Position numbers and translations under genes: made by a program. A DNA stretch of 64,000 nt from Selaginella moellendorffii (Eukaryota > Plantae > Lycopodiophyta): positions 506,236 to 570,235 of the forward strand of contig NW_003314321.1 of NCBI RefSeq assembly GCF_000143415.4. Direction: 5' to 3'. Under the pieces are notes generated by a model. That model did not search any database. It was not told the DNA's origin and saw nothing but the letters and a program-made list of their open reading frames with translations. The first letter of the stretch is position 1. Each line of letters starts with the position of its first letter. Positions 38,148-50,666 of this stretch are shown in pieces.

Positions 38148-39580
38148 TTAGGGCTCCCGGGCGAGCAGCGTTTTGAGGAGAATCTCATTCCACATGTCGA
38201 TCGGCCCGGGCAGGCACCAGTGGAGGCAATCGCTCTGGACCGCGCTTCCATCGGGCGTGAGCGTCCTGGAGCTCCGGAACACCCCGGGATGGCCATCGGG
38301 GCGGAGGTAGGCGCTGTAGGACACGTCCACCAGCTTGAGCTTGGATCTACTAGGGTTCTTGGCCGCGGCGCGATCGAACTCCTCCACCTGGATCCGCCGC
38401 ATCTCGCTCGCCATCCACGGCAGCTCCACCGCGCTTTGGTTCCGGAATGGCTCCGTGCGATTGCACGTCCCGCCATTCCACCACTCGCCATTCTCGAAAT
38501 GCTCCGCCGAGAAGGTCCGCAGGAATGTGGTTCCAGCGTAGCCATCGCGCGCGGCGATGGAGTCCAAGACGCCGCCCAGCGCCATCCGGTAGGCGTCGAT
38601 GAAGCTCAGCGGCGGGATGGATTCGTCGCCGCAGTGGTGGCAGCCGACGATGGATCCGCCGCGGTAGTAGACGCTGGGCTTGAAGAACCAGGGCCCCGAG
38701 GAGAGGACGATGGCGTGGAATTCGTGGAGCCGGGACATCCAGATCTCCTCCGGGGTGTCGAGATGGATGTGGATGATCGTGCTGCCGTTGCTGGATCGCT
38801 GCTCGTGCTTGACCAGGAATGGCGACCAGAAGATCGCGAGAGTGAAGTTGAAGGAGGGCAGGAGCCAGATCACGTCCTTGTCGATGGGGTCGCGGTAGAG
38901 ATTTCGCGGCTCCTCCACCTGTGCGTGAATGGAATCGATTGGAAACCGATCGATCGAGAGATGGAAATTGGAAGTGTTCTTACCTGGGAGATGGCGCACA
39001 GTAGCGATTGCATGTGATTCCTGGCGATGGAGTCGCCAAAGAAGATCATCCTCTTGTTCCTCATGACGCGCAAGAACAGGGCGGGATCGAAGCGCGGGAG
39101 ATCGCATTCGTCCGGGCGCCATCGCCAGGCGAGAAATCCTCGATCCGGCCGGCCGTTCTTGAGGCAGTTCTGGTGGCCCTGGATGTAGCGGCAGGTCTCG
39201 TTGGTGTAGAGCGGCGGCGCAGCCTCGGGGATCCACTTACCCTTGGAGAGATCGCAATCTGTGGCGCCATGGATCGCCAATCAAGATCAAGAACACCAAG
39301 AACACCAAGAACACCAAGAACAAGAAAATGTTCTACCTCGAGTGGAAATATTTGCGCCCAGCGACGCGGAATGGAGCGAGTAGAGCACCGCTTCCTGATC
39401 GATGAGGGAGGAATAGACGAGGAAGACGTAGCAATTGACGATCGCGATGGGGACGAGCGCGATCAAGCCCGAGCAGCACAGGTACTTGAGGAGATTTCCC
39501 CTGCCTTGATCCACTGCCGTCGCCGCGGAGGAGGATTTCAATCCCATCGGCTTGCCGCCGTCCTCGCCGATCGGGATCAT
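38148..39580 (-). CDS. Trichome birefringence-like (TBL/PC-esterase) polysaccharide O-acetyltransferase, 3 exons
   Basis: N-terminal TM segment; CDLSKGKW...NCLKNGRPD...WRWRP; FFGDSIARN; RPDGHP; DCLHWCLPGPIDMWN. Confidence 0.95.
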
Positions 39581-39980
39581 CCTCGCTCCCTCCTGAGCCG
39601 AGAATCCCCCATTTTCCCTGCGCGATCTGACAGAAAGAAGCAAATTTCTTGCTCCATTCCAGCTACTGCAGGTGCTGCATTGCTGTCCATTCTGGTGAAT
39701 TGCACTCGGCGTTTTTTTTTCGATCGATGTGAGGAGTAGAATCGACGCGGTGTCCACCGAATTGACTGCTCACCTCACCAAGTTCCCATCACCCACCTAA
39801 AAGAATGAAGAACCCTAGTTTTTTAACGAGTACTTCGTTGTGTTGTGTTTTCTCGTCATAAAGATTTGGCAGACAAAGTTCTAAAGTAGAGATTGCGATC
39901 GACCGATCATAGTCAAAAAGATTATATAGTGTTTGTCCTGTACAAATCGTTCTACACAAAAAGAATATACGGTTTCTTCT

Positions 39981-41783
39981 TCACTGATCCATGAAGGGAT
40001 TGATGAGAGAAAGCAAGCCAGAGTCTCCCTTGAGCAAGAACACGAGCTTGGGCGAGTAGCTTTCTTCCTCGTGATCGTTTCGATCGCTCGACCAGAACTG
40101 GCTCGGGGGTTGTAGCAACCGGCAGCTCTCGGAGCAGTGGATCACTGATAAACGAGGACCATTTCGCAGCTGCCATACCTGGAAAAAATCGCAAAGATTC
40201 GTGAGCTCTGAGAAGGAAAGTTTTGTTTTTGCTTACCTCCACTACAGCTCTACGAGGAGCATGAATCGCGAGACAGAGAGAAAAGTCTTCCTTCACGCAA
40301 GAGCTCCTGTGCTGGAGTCCGGACGAGCCATTCAGTGGTGCCTCGAGGAACTTACAGTGAGCATCACGATATCCCTGCCAAACAATCGCTATGAGATCAT
40401 CCACGTAAAGAACGTCCATTACCTTCCATAGACGAACCACGACGAGAGCATGTACGTCGACGAGAAGAACTCGTCCCAAGGAATCGGTCACAGCAGCCAG
40501 TGAACAAGTTGGAGACAACGCCAAACTTTCGCCCTTGCGCGGGGAATCTTTCAGAGCTGTGATGAGCGAGGCTGGAGAAAAAAGAAAAAGCTCAAGGTGG
40601 TCTACGTTTTTACAGTGATCGCTATTACCTCTGGAGAACTCTTGGGCTTTCACCTCTGCCGGTCTAGCTTCTTGGACAGGCTCGCTGTTGCGTCGAAACG
40701 CTTTGGCGAAAGAAGTTATCCTAGAGACCGTCGCCGGAACAACCTTGTTAAACAGTAGCTCGGTCAGTGACTTCCTTCGATCTTCTGAAAGCCTGACATG
40801 GAACAAGTTTAAAATCCGAGAGAGTGAAGAAAGAAGACAAACCTGAAAGCAGCCAGTGTGCTGTCCGATCCAATGGTCACGGCACAAAAGTAGCGCTCTC
40901 TCGACTGCAAGAAAGAACTGCTTTTAAAACTTGGTATCAGTCGAAGCTGCGACAAATGCTCGAGGAGTGTCTGCGTTTCCCAACCTGTTGCTCAAAGAGA
41001 GCTGGCGGAAGCACGCCAGTTATCGCGGCATCCACGCAAATGCTACTTCCCGAAGACTTGACACTCCACACCTGATACGAAAGCTTCGTCGATTCTGCCG
41101 CGATCAACTGGCGCTCGAGCGTGGAGTTTCTCGCAACTTCAAGCAATCGTCTGCGTAGTTGTGACTGGGTTTAAAAGCAAAAAAAAAAAAGACAAGTATG
41201 GCTCGGAAACAAAAAAAAAACCTGGAGTTCTTACCTGGAGATCTAAGGCGTCGATTCTCGCGATGGAGCTCTGGAAAGCAACAGAGAGCTCCTCGGCAGT
41301 ATCACGCTTGTTCTGGTTGCACCTCACGTGTAAGTTGCAAATCGATCCAACATTGAAGCTCTGGAAGAAAAAAATCCATTTTCCCTTAAAAAAAAAGCTT
41401 TTTTTTCCTTGCTCGCAAACCTGTTTGATAAGGAGATCTCCAATCTCCGAGTAGAAGCAAAGAATGCCCAACGACGTACCGACGGCGAGAACCGACCATC
41501 CCTCCCAAAAGAGCCACTCCAGTGCGGTGATTCGATACGAGGGATCGGCCCCGGTAGCGGCTGGGATGGAATCGATCGAGAAACCTGATGCGCGAGGCGC
41601 GGAGCTGTGAGCGCCACTCCAGGGCGTGACAACGAGCGATCGCTGCCTGGCAATGGCGACCAGATCTCGACCCATGGCCGCGACGAGAGCGGCGTCATCC
41701 AGCCATCCCGGCTTGCCCGCCCCCACCGCGCCGAGCTCGGACACCAGGCACCCCCACCATAGGCTCGGCTGCTTGCCCGCCAT
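39981..41783 (-). CDS. RAB3GAP2: Rab3 GTPase-activating protein non-catalytic subunit, multi-exon
   Basis: ITALEW...LAVGTSLG; DSPRKGESLALSPTCSLAAVTDSLGRVLLVD...VRLWK|GYRDA; LAIHAPRRAVVE. Confidence 0.9.
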
Positions 41784-42451
41784 CGCCTGGCCAAGCCCTA
41801 AAAGGATCTTCTTACATTACGTGGCATTTTACCATTTAAAGATTATTCTCTTACATTTTTTTCAAACGCGATCATCTTTATAGAATATTGTAAATTTCAT
41901 TTATGCATACAAATTTGGTGGTATGGTGTAGCTCTAGGGAGAGTTGCCCAGTGCAATGTAAACACCCTGAATCAAGGGAGGTCCACTGTGAATTGCTGTG
42001 AGCTGAACACTATTAAATTAAAAGAAAATAATAAAATTAGTTTGGATGGTTTTTTTTTCTTCTTAAAAGACTCTAATTGACATTAAATTAAAAATTTATA
42101 AATTCTAGTAATATATAAAAATATTGTGTGTGTGTGGTGCCATCTAGCGGTTGTTATTCATTTAGATTAATCTTGTATTTATAATTTATAGACATGTTTA
42201 TAATTATAAACTTCTGGATTATTAAATAAATAAATAAATAAGATTAGCACTGAGCAAACTTCCCATGCAATGCGCAACAAATATTTTTTATTTGCTTTTA
42301 CATTTATTTTAATAATGTCTAAACTTAATTACTGATTTTCTTTTAACCTCTATCACTGTATCATAGAGTGACTTATCACTTTAGCTTAGAAAAAAATTAG
42401 GAAATTTTAGTATGGTCCCATGCCTGATGGGTGTTGCGGTGACTTAAAACA

Positions 42452-42452
<1 letters not shown>

Positions 42453-42488
<36 letters not shown>
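42453..42488. repeat. (ATCT)9 microsatellite in an AT-rich spacer
   Basis: Directly visible. Confidence 0.9.
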
Positions 42489-43512
42489 GAACTTTCTTAA
42501 GCTAATTTTTTATATCAAAAGGCATTGATGCTTAGTTAATACTCTCTTAAACTAGTGTTTAAACTAAAAAAGTTAAATATCCACAATATATAGGCGGAAA
42601 TTGATCTAATTGCGCCATCAGAGGGGGTTCATGTTTGGGGCCTTGTTTAGCTCGGCCGCACAGACATCTACCGGCGCAAGAACTAGAGCAAATGCATGCA
42701 TGTGGGTAAAAGTAGGTCGTCAATGACAGAAAGCCTGGAGTGTGCAAGGTCTTCATGTAAGGATCAGCTCGATCAAGAAGAAGACGCTGCCGTGGCGCTG
42801 CGTGCCAAGGTATGTTTGTCCTCTTTATCTCTTGAATTCTCCTGCTTAATAAGCGGAGCGAGCTGAACGGCTTGGCCAAAGTACAGGCGCTGACTGGGTG
42901 CTGGTAGAGGAAGAAATTGCAACAGCCATTGCTATGATGTTTGTCCTTTATCCCGTGCAGGTGGCTAGTTGCAGGCCTTGCGGGGTCCATGAACACCGAG
43001 AGATTTCTTGGAAATTCCTGCTCTTTGAATGTGTACTGCTGATGAAGATCTTCTCAAAGTGGCTTCACTTGCAAGAGATACCTAGAACTTTTAACAATTG
43101 ATTCTTTCTAACCTTTAAGCCTTTGTAAACTCAAGGTTCTTTTTATCCTGCTTACAAACTCAAGGTGCACTGAGTACAGTTGGTGGGCATGAGACCGCTT
43201 TGGACATGAGTGGTGGAGACAGGGTATACGTGCTAGGAATGACGAGAGACTGGAGCCAAGGGCTTTGAAGGGATAAACAAGAATGATGTGGGGTCAGAAG
43301 GGCATGTTGTTGCTCTTGATTTGGGATCACAAACATAAGTCTTAATTGGATGTTTTTCTGCATTGACGAAATGCTTAAGTATTCTCTTTTGTGCATCTGG
43401 GAATTTGGCACTAAGAATTTGAGCAAGCTCAGCATGAGGATCTGGGCTAGGAATGGAACCTCATGGTGATGGCATTTTAAGAAATTGATATTGCATGAGC
43501 AGCCTTTAGACT

Positions 43513-43588
43513 TACAGAAATGTTCAAGCTAGTCAATAATATCATTCTAAATAGTGATAAATTATTGACTAGCTTGAACATTTCTGTA
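43513..43588. repeat. Perfect 28-bp inverted repeat with 20-nt spacer (TA|CAG...CTG|TA); possible minimal Tc1/mariner-type MITE or hairpin RNA
   Basis: tacagaaatgttcaagctagtcaataat (43513-43540) is the exact reverse complement of 43561-43588. Confidence 0.85.
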
Positions 43589-43854
43589 TATACAAGTTTT
43601 TCCATTTGCTGGGCCATACAGCAATAAAAACAATGGACGCGAGATTATATTTTTGTCAACGCAAATCTACGCTCTTTGTTAGAAAAAAGTGAAGCATCGA
43701 GTTGACTGAGAAGGTTAGCTAGTGAACACCCAACACCCAAGCACTGGCGACCATCGGGACACGTTGATATATCCCGCTCCAAATGTGTCGCTGCTATAAA
43801 GGTGCCATTAAAAGCAGGAAAAAAAGAAAAGAAAAGGAAAGAGAGATCTTTGCA

Positions 43855-45053
43855 ATGGTTGAGGAGTTTGTTCCAGTCCAGGAGCTCGGCAAATCCTTGA
43901 AAGAGGTCCCCAAGAACTACATAGCTCCCGAGGACAAGATCCCGGTGGTGAACGAGCCTGGAAAGTCCGTCCCGGTGGTTGATCTCTGTGACTTTGATCT
44001 CAGCCCCAAGCAGCATGAGAGAGTGGTCCACGAGATCGCAACTGCCAGCAGCGAGTGGGGGTTCTTCCAGGTGATTAACCACGGCATCGATGTTGCCAAG
44101 CCGCAGAGGGCGTCGATGGATTTCTTCGAGCTGCCAAAGGAGGAGAAGCTCAAGTACGCTGCCAAGGAGTATGGCTTCAAGAGTGATGGCTATGGAAGTA
44201 AGATCTCCAACGCCGACGATGCTGTCCTACTATGGAGGGACTACCTTTTCCTGTGCACGTCTCCAAAGAGAAACTTGGATAACTGGCCCACACAGCCACC
44301 GGAATACAAGTAAGTCAGCTTCCCTGTTCTTCCATTTCTTTGTCTCGTGAAAATTTCCCTGTTCTTCCAGTTCTTCGTTTCTAAACCCCGTGACTGCTAA
44401 CTTTCCAGAGAAGCGATGTCCGGTCTCGCTGATGACTTCCTGATGCTCGCAAAGAAAGTCCTGGGATTCCTATCCGAAGGTGTCGACCTCCCTACTGACT
44501 ACTTCGAGAAGTGCTTCGGAATTCCCAACCAATCCATCCTGACGAACTACTATCCCGGTTGTCCAGAGCCTGACAAGGTGCTCGGCTTCATGCCCCACTC
44601 CGACTTTGGAGGACTTACGTTGCTGCTTCAAGATGGTGTTCCCGGCCTCCAAGTTCTCAAGAACAACACCTGGGTGGTCGTCGAGCCCATCCCGGGAGCA
44701 ATCACCATCAACATCAGTGATCTCCTTGAGGTAAACGTTCTTCCTGTTTTGCACTTGTGTTTATGATGAATTCCCAGTTGATGAGCAACGGGAGGTACCG
44801 GAGTGTCATCCATCGCGTGCAAGTGAACGCGTCGCGTCCCAGGATGTCCATTGCTTGCAACTACAGCTGCTCGTTTGATTCCGGTGTTGCCCCTGCTCCG
44901 GAACTCATCGACGAGGAGCACCCCCAGCTCTACAAGCCTGTCAACTTCGGAGACTACGTTCAGGCGGTGGTGAAGAAGGGTCCAACTGGAAAGTCTTACA
45001 TGCTTATCAACCACGACTCCAAACCGGAGTACATGCTCTTCCAAAAGCATTGA
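43855..45053 (+). CDS. 2-oxoglutarate/Fe(II) dioxygenase (DOXC class), copy 1, 3 exons
   Basis: VPVVDL, WGFFQVINHGI, NYYPGCPEPD, PHSD (HxD), SNGRYRSVIHRV (H), RMS (RxS). Confidence 0.95.
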
Positions 45054-45325
45054 GAGAAGCAAGGTTTTCTACTGTGATCCTGGAAGTATCAATCAGAACA
45101 AAGAAATAATTATTGAGCTTCACGTTCACAAGAGGGCAGCTACATTATGAAAAACGCAATAGATCTTTTTGTCAAACTTTGGAACGTCAATGATACCCAA
45201 ATGTTAAGGACAGAAAAAAGTCAAGCCTCGAGTTGACTGGTAGCTAGTCAACACCCACCTGCTCCAATTGTTTCGCTATTAAAAAGGTACGAGCATCTGA
45301 AAGGACGAAAGGAGAGATCTTTGCA

Positions 45326-46553
45326 ATGGTTACGGAGTTTGTTCCAGTCCAAGAGCTCAGCAAATCATTGAAAGCGGTCCCCAAGAACTACATAGCTCCC
45401 GAGGACAAGGTCCCGGTGGTGACCCGCGAGCCTGGGAAGTCCGTACCCGTGGTTGATCTCTGTGACTTCAATCTCAGCCCCGAGCAGCATGAGAGAGTGG
45501 TGCGCGAGATCGCAAGTGCCAGCAGCGAGTGGGGATTCTTCCAGGTGATCAACCACGGCATTGATGTCACCAAGCCGCAGAAGGTGTCGAGGGAGTTCTT
45601 CGAGCTGCCCAAGGAGGAGAAACTCAAGTATGCCGCCAAGGAGTATGGCTTCAAGAGTGATGGCTATGGAAGTAAGATCTCCAATGCTGCCGACGCTGTC
45701 CAGCTATGGAGGGACTACTTTTTCCTGTGCACGTCTCCAAAGAGGAACTTGGATAGCTGGCCCGCGCAGCCACTGCAATACAAGTAAGCTAGCTTCTCTG
45801 TTCTTCCATTTCTTCGTCTCTGAAAGGTGGTCTGTTATGAAGTCCCTGTTCTTCCATTTCTTCGTCTTTAAACTCCGTGATTGCTAACTTCCAGAGAAGT
45901 GATGTCCGGTCTCTCTGATGACTTCCTGATGCTCACGAGGAAAATCCTGGGATTCCTGTCCGAAGGCGTTGGTCTCCCTACAGACTACTTCGAGAAATGC
46001 TTTGGAGTTCCCAACCAATCCATCCTGACGAACTACTATCCCGGTTGTCCAGAGCCTGACAAGGTGCTCGGCATCGAGCCCCATTCCGACTTTGGAGGAC
46101 TCACATTGCTGCTTCAAGATGGCGTTCCCGGCCTCCAAGTTCTCCAGAACAACACCTGGGTGGTCGTCGAGCCCATCCCGGGAGCAATCACCATCAACAT
46201 CAGTGATCTCCTCGAGGTAAAGTTCTTCCTGTTCTGCTCTGTCCGTCTCCAAACTTGTGTTTGTGATGAACGCCCAGCTGATGAGCAACGGGAGGTACCA
46301 GAGTGTCATCCATCGCGTGAAAGTGAACGCATCACGTCCCAGGATGTCCATCGCTTCCAACTACAGCTGCTTGTTCGATTCGACCGTCGCCCCTGCTCCG
46401 GAACTCATCGACGAGGACCACCCCCAGCTCTACAAGCCTGTCAAATTCGGAGACTACGTTCAAGAGGTGGTGAAGAAGGGTCCAACTGGAAAGGCTTACA
46501 TGTTTATCAACCACGACTCCAAGCCAGAGTACATGCTCCTCCCAAAGCATTGA
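45326..46553 (+). CDS. 2-oxoglutarate/Fe(II) dioxygenase (DOXC class), copy 2 (tandem duplicate)
   Basis: Same motifs and intron positions as copy 1, highly similar sequence. Confidence 0.95.
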
Positions 46554-46654
46554 CAGAAGCAAGGTCTTGTACTGTGATCCTGGAAGTTGCAATCAGAACA
46601 AGTAAATAAAACAGTGAAGTGAACGACAAAGTTTTACCTGGTACACGCTCCAAG

Positions 46655-48700
46655 CTAGCGCTTGCTCCTCTCCTCGTCCTGCTTAGCTTTCTCTGCTTCG
46701 ACTACGCGCTGTGTCATCTCGTCTGTAAGCTGCTGCTTCCTGTCCACGACCCACTCAGCCACGGATTCAATGACGCTCTTGTCCTGCTCTTTAGTTGGTG
46801 GTGGTGAAGACGATGCGGTGGCAGCAGCATCATCCAGCACTTTTTGCTCAGCTACAATCCGCTCGGTCTCCTCGCGGGCAGCGTCGTTGAGTTTGGCGAG
46901 ATTGGGAGGCACTTGCGTTCTGCCTTGAGCTGCCGACATCGCGCGCTGTGCGTCAACCTCACGAGCCGACACGGACTGTACATGACGAATCGATCCCTGT
47001 AATACGTCCGTGAACTCGGAAGCCACATCCCCGATTGCGTCCAGGATCCCCCTGCCAGCTTCAGTCGCCGCCTCCATGCGTTGCTTGGTGTTTTCCTTCA
47101 CTTTCTCGGCATTGTCTCTGGCTTTGCTCTTTGCCTCGTCGTATTTTTCTCGAAGGTTACGTTGCTGTGGTTGAGGGGCTTCTGCTTTCTGTGGCCGATG
47201 TTCTTGGTGCTCTCCGGCTGTTGGCGTTGTGACAACACCCTTGACGTAATTCAGTACACCTTTGCCTCGATCTGCCGTCTCATCGGTCTTGTGCTTTACA
47301 TTTTCGACAGCGTCTTCACTTTTCTGCTTCAAGATCCCCGCCGTATCCTTGACTTTGTCCACCACCCGGATCCCTCTTGCTGCAGCCTCATCCTTCGTTT
47401 CATACACCTTGTTACGTGTGTCTTCCGCGGTGCCTTTGACACGATCCAAGAGAGCATTGCCTCGCTCAGAAGCCTCGTCTTTTGTCTCGTCAACCGAGTC
47501 ATCCGCCGCATTCTTGCCTTTCTCCTTCAGCTCATCGGCTCTGTTGCCAACTCGCTCGGTTCTATCGTGCGTCACGTCCTCGGTAGTCCCGGCCACAGCG
47601 TTCCTCAAGTTACTAGCCATCTCACCGAGTGCTCCAAACAGGCCTTTGCCTTGCTCCGAAGCTCTGTCCGCTGCGTCTCCAGCCTTGTGTTTTGTTTCAT
47701 CCACAGCACTCCGAGCTCTGTCCGTCACCTCGTCCTTGGTTTCCCTCACATACCTCTTCGTATCGTCCACCGTTCTCTGAGTTTTATCTTTCACCTCGTC
47801 CTTGGTTTCTATTGCAGATTTCTTCGTTTCCTCGGCGGACCTCTTTGCTTTGTCTGTCACCTCGTCCTTGGTTTCTCTCGCAGACTTCTTTGTTTCATCG
47901 GCGACCCTCTTTGCTTTGTCTGTCACCTCGTCCTTGGTTTCTCTGGCAGACTTCTTTGTTTCATCGGTGGTCCTCTTCGCTCTGTCTGTCACCTCGTCCT
48001 TGGTTTCTCTCGCAGACTTCTTTGTTTCATCGGTGGTTCTCTTGGCTTTGTCAGTCATCTCATCCTTGGTTTCTCTCGCGGACCTCTTTGTATCGTCCAC
48101 TGTCTTGCCAGCTCGATCCTTGATATCGTCTTTGGTCTCTCTAGCGGATTTTTTCGTGTCGTCGGCTCTTTCTCTGGCTCGGTCAGTTTGATCCTCGGTT
48201 TTTCCTTGGTATTCCCCAGCAGTCTCTCGAGCCCTGTCCGCCATATGACGTCCCTGTTCCTTGGCGTCCTCTGTGACGCCCCCGACAGCGTTCTTGATAT
48301 TCGTGGCGATTTCTCCCAGCGCACCGAGCAAACCCTTGCCATGTTCCTCGGTCTTGTGCTTGGCTTCATCGATCCTGTGCTTCGATTCATCGATCTTCTG
48401 CTGCCCGTGACTGGAATCCTCAGCCCTCTCGTCCTCTGGCAGTAGAAATCCCTTCTGGAACCATCCAGATCCCTGCTGCTGCTGGACTTCCTGAGGAGCA
48501 TGCGTCGACAATCCAGGCTGGGACGCTCCAAAAGCCTCCTTGACATCCTGGGCCGCGTTCTCGGCGCCCTCGGCGACACTCTGGGCTCTAGATTGAATCA
48601 AAACCTCCCATTACTCACAAATTTCCCCCAGCATTGCAGCGTTTGATCGAAGAATCGAATGGACATACCCGTGCTTCACTGCGCGCTTAGCGTCATCCAT
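46655..48700 (-). CDS. Long group-3-type late embryogenesis abundant (LEA) protein, 2 exons
   Basis: Short exon MDDAKRAVKHG, then a very hydrophilic exon with 22-aa (2x11) repeats ETKDEVTDKAKRTTDETKKSAR. Confidence 0.85.
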
Positions 48701-48921
48701 AGCCAAAAGCTTCCAGTTTGAAATGCTTCTAAACGGCGCCAACCCTAACTTCGTGTAGAAACGTGGCAAGCCTCTGGCAGCATCCTAGCCGCTGGCACGT
48801 CAACGGCTGGATATGGACTTACGCGCCGGGCGATCGATCATTCTCTCTTAAGCTATGGTGGATTCTTTGATCGATCGCTTGCCCTAGCTACATTCTCTGT
48901 GCTCTCTCTTCCCGATCAGCG

Positions 48922-50458
48922 ATGCGCGTATGGTGCCTGGGCTCATCGGCGGTGGTAGCAAGCTCCACCATTCAGCCGCGAGCGATCAAGAGCAGTATTG
49001 CGCCGCGATGGACGTGCTGCAGGGGAGATCTCAGGTTTCTTGACTATAACTTGGTCGGATCGTCGGCGGCATTCCTCCGGAGCTTTGGTTTCACGCCCTC
49101 GAGGTAGGAAATATCGCTCGAAATATTCTAAGAAATCGATCGATCGCTGTTTTGTTAGGAATGGCAAAGAGCTGCCTTGTGCCGATTGCCGAGGACGAGG
49201 GTATCTTTACTGCAAGGAGTGCGATCTCGGCAGCCCGTGCTCCTCCTGTGTGGAATGCGCTGGAAAGGTATACAGCTTGTTCTAAGATCTCATCTTATCT
49301 TCTTTCATGGAGTTCCTCCCAGGGGATTATGAAGTGCCAGCAGTGTCAAGGCGATCGAGTCGTGCGAGGAAGATCGGTCTACATGCACGAAGAGTTTTGG
49401 GAGAAGCTCCATTCAGTGTAAGTTCCTTCGCTCCATTTTTTTGTTGTCTCTCTATCTCTCTCTTTCTTTTTCTCTTCTCGGCGCATAGATGGTTTTCTAG
49501 ACTGCTCTCTCGGATGCTGACCTCCTGCTTGTCTGGGAAGGTTTTTGGAAATTGCGATGGCTGGTTTTTCGATTAACAGTTTGTCCGCGACTGGGCCTAA
49601 CGTTGGTCGTTGTCAAGCAGCTCTTCCATCACCGTGAAGGACGACGAAGCCATCGAAAACATGAGCATTCCAGCGGCTGTCGCCACCAAGCGTGTATATG
49701 GTCCTGTTACCGCAGCAACCCGGACCAAGATCAGCCATGCGCTAAAGGTTGGAAATACCATCGTAAATACCATCGTCGAGACTCACAGTTTCTCTCGTAG
49801 GACTTCGAAAGGCGGACTGGCTCAATAAGCAGTCGCATGAGGAAACTACACGAAGATCCAGTTTTGCACGCTGAAAGAGTAGCTGCGATTCAGGTATGAG
49901 AGTTTTTCAAAGCAAGGAGCTTACTGTTGTGCGTAGAAAGCGAAAGGAACGGATGAATCGAGGAAGAACATCTCGACTAAGCTGATAGCTTACTTCACGA
50001 ACCCTGAGAATAGAATCAAACAAAGTTTACGCATGAAAGGTACCAGCAAAGTACCCTCTCCACAAAGTTCCTGACGCAACTGTCACAATGCAGGCGTGAA
50101 GTATTACTGCCGAGCTTGTGGAGAGGAGGGCCATCGAAAGAGCTTCTGCCCGAGCTCCACAGAGCCACCACGGCCGAGCCGCGCAGAATCGCGATGCAGC
50201 GAATGTGGAATCGTTGGACACCGAGCAAACTCCTGTCCTCGAAGCGATCGGCGGCACATTGGCCGAGCTCCATACAAGTGCACGAACTGCAATGGGACAG
50301 ATCACAACGCTCGGACTTGTCCACAGATACTCGACAAGAGCTCGGCAAACAAATGCAGTATATGTAAAACTTACGGGCACAACAGGAGGACGTGCCCCGA
50401 AAGATCTTCCATGATACAAGAAACTCGCGATGGTGGTAGTGAAACTGAGGACCTGTGA
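48922..50458 (+). CDS. Probable organelle-targeted protein with DnaJ-type CxxCxGxG zinc finger and C-terminal CCHC zinc knuckles, multi-exon
   Basis: CADCRGRG...CVECAGK|GIMKCQQCQG; RMRKLHEDPVLHAERVAAI; four CxxCxxxxHxxxxC knuckles in 50100-50400. Confidence 0.85.
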
Positions 50459-50666
50459 ATACAACTTACACAACGAGAACACTGATCGATCGATCGATCA
50501 CCTGTACAAGTCGACGACGACGACCAACTGAAAACCAAAAAACTTACAAGGACGTAACCTTTGGCTGACTATCTTCCAAAAGATTGGCACACGCTTCCGG
50601 ACCTACACGCAGACTTGATGTTAAGTTTCCACAGAATGACGATGAGAAGTGTTCATTGCTCCTGCT

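Noticed and set aside
38019-39739. Long plus-strand ORFs (332 and 243 aa)
   Set aside because: Antisense shadows of the GC-rich TBL coding sequence.
41900-42720. Possible SINE or Helitron end in AT-rich spacer
   Set aside because: Only weak hairpins; no A/B box pair or hairpin-CTRR terminus could be established.
42720-43300. Exon-like fragments upstream of the 2-ODD genes
   Set aside because: Splice-like signals but no recognisable protein; cannot support a call.
47081-48445. 454-aa plus-strand ORF
   Set aside because: Antisense shadow of the repetitive LEA gene.
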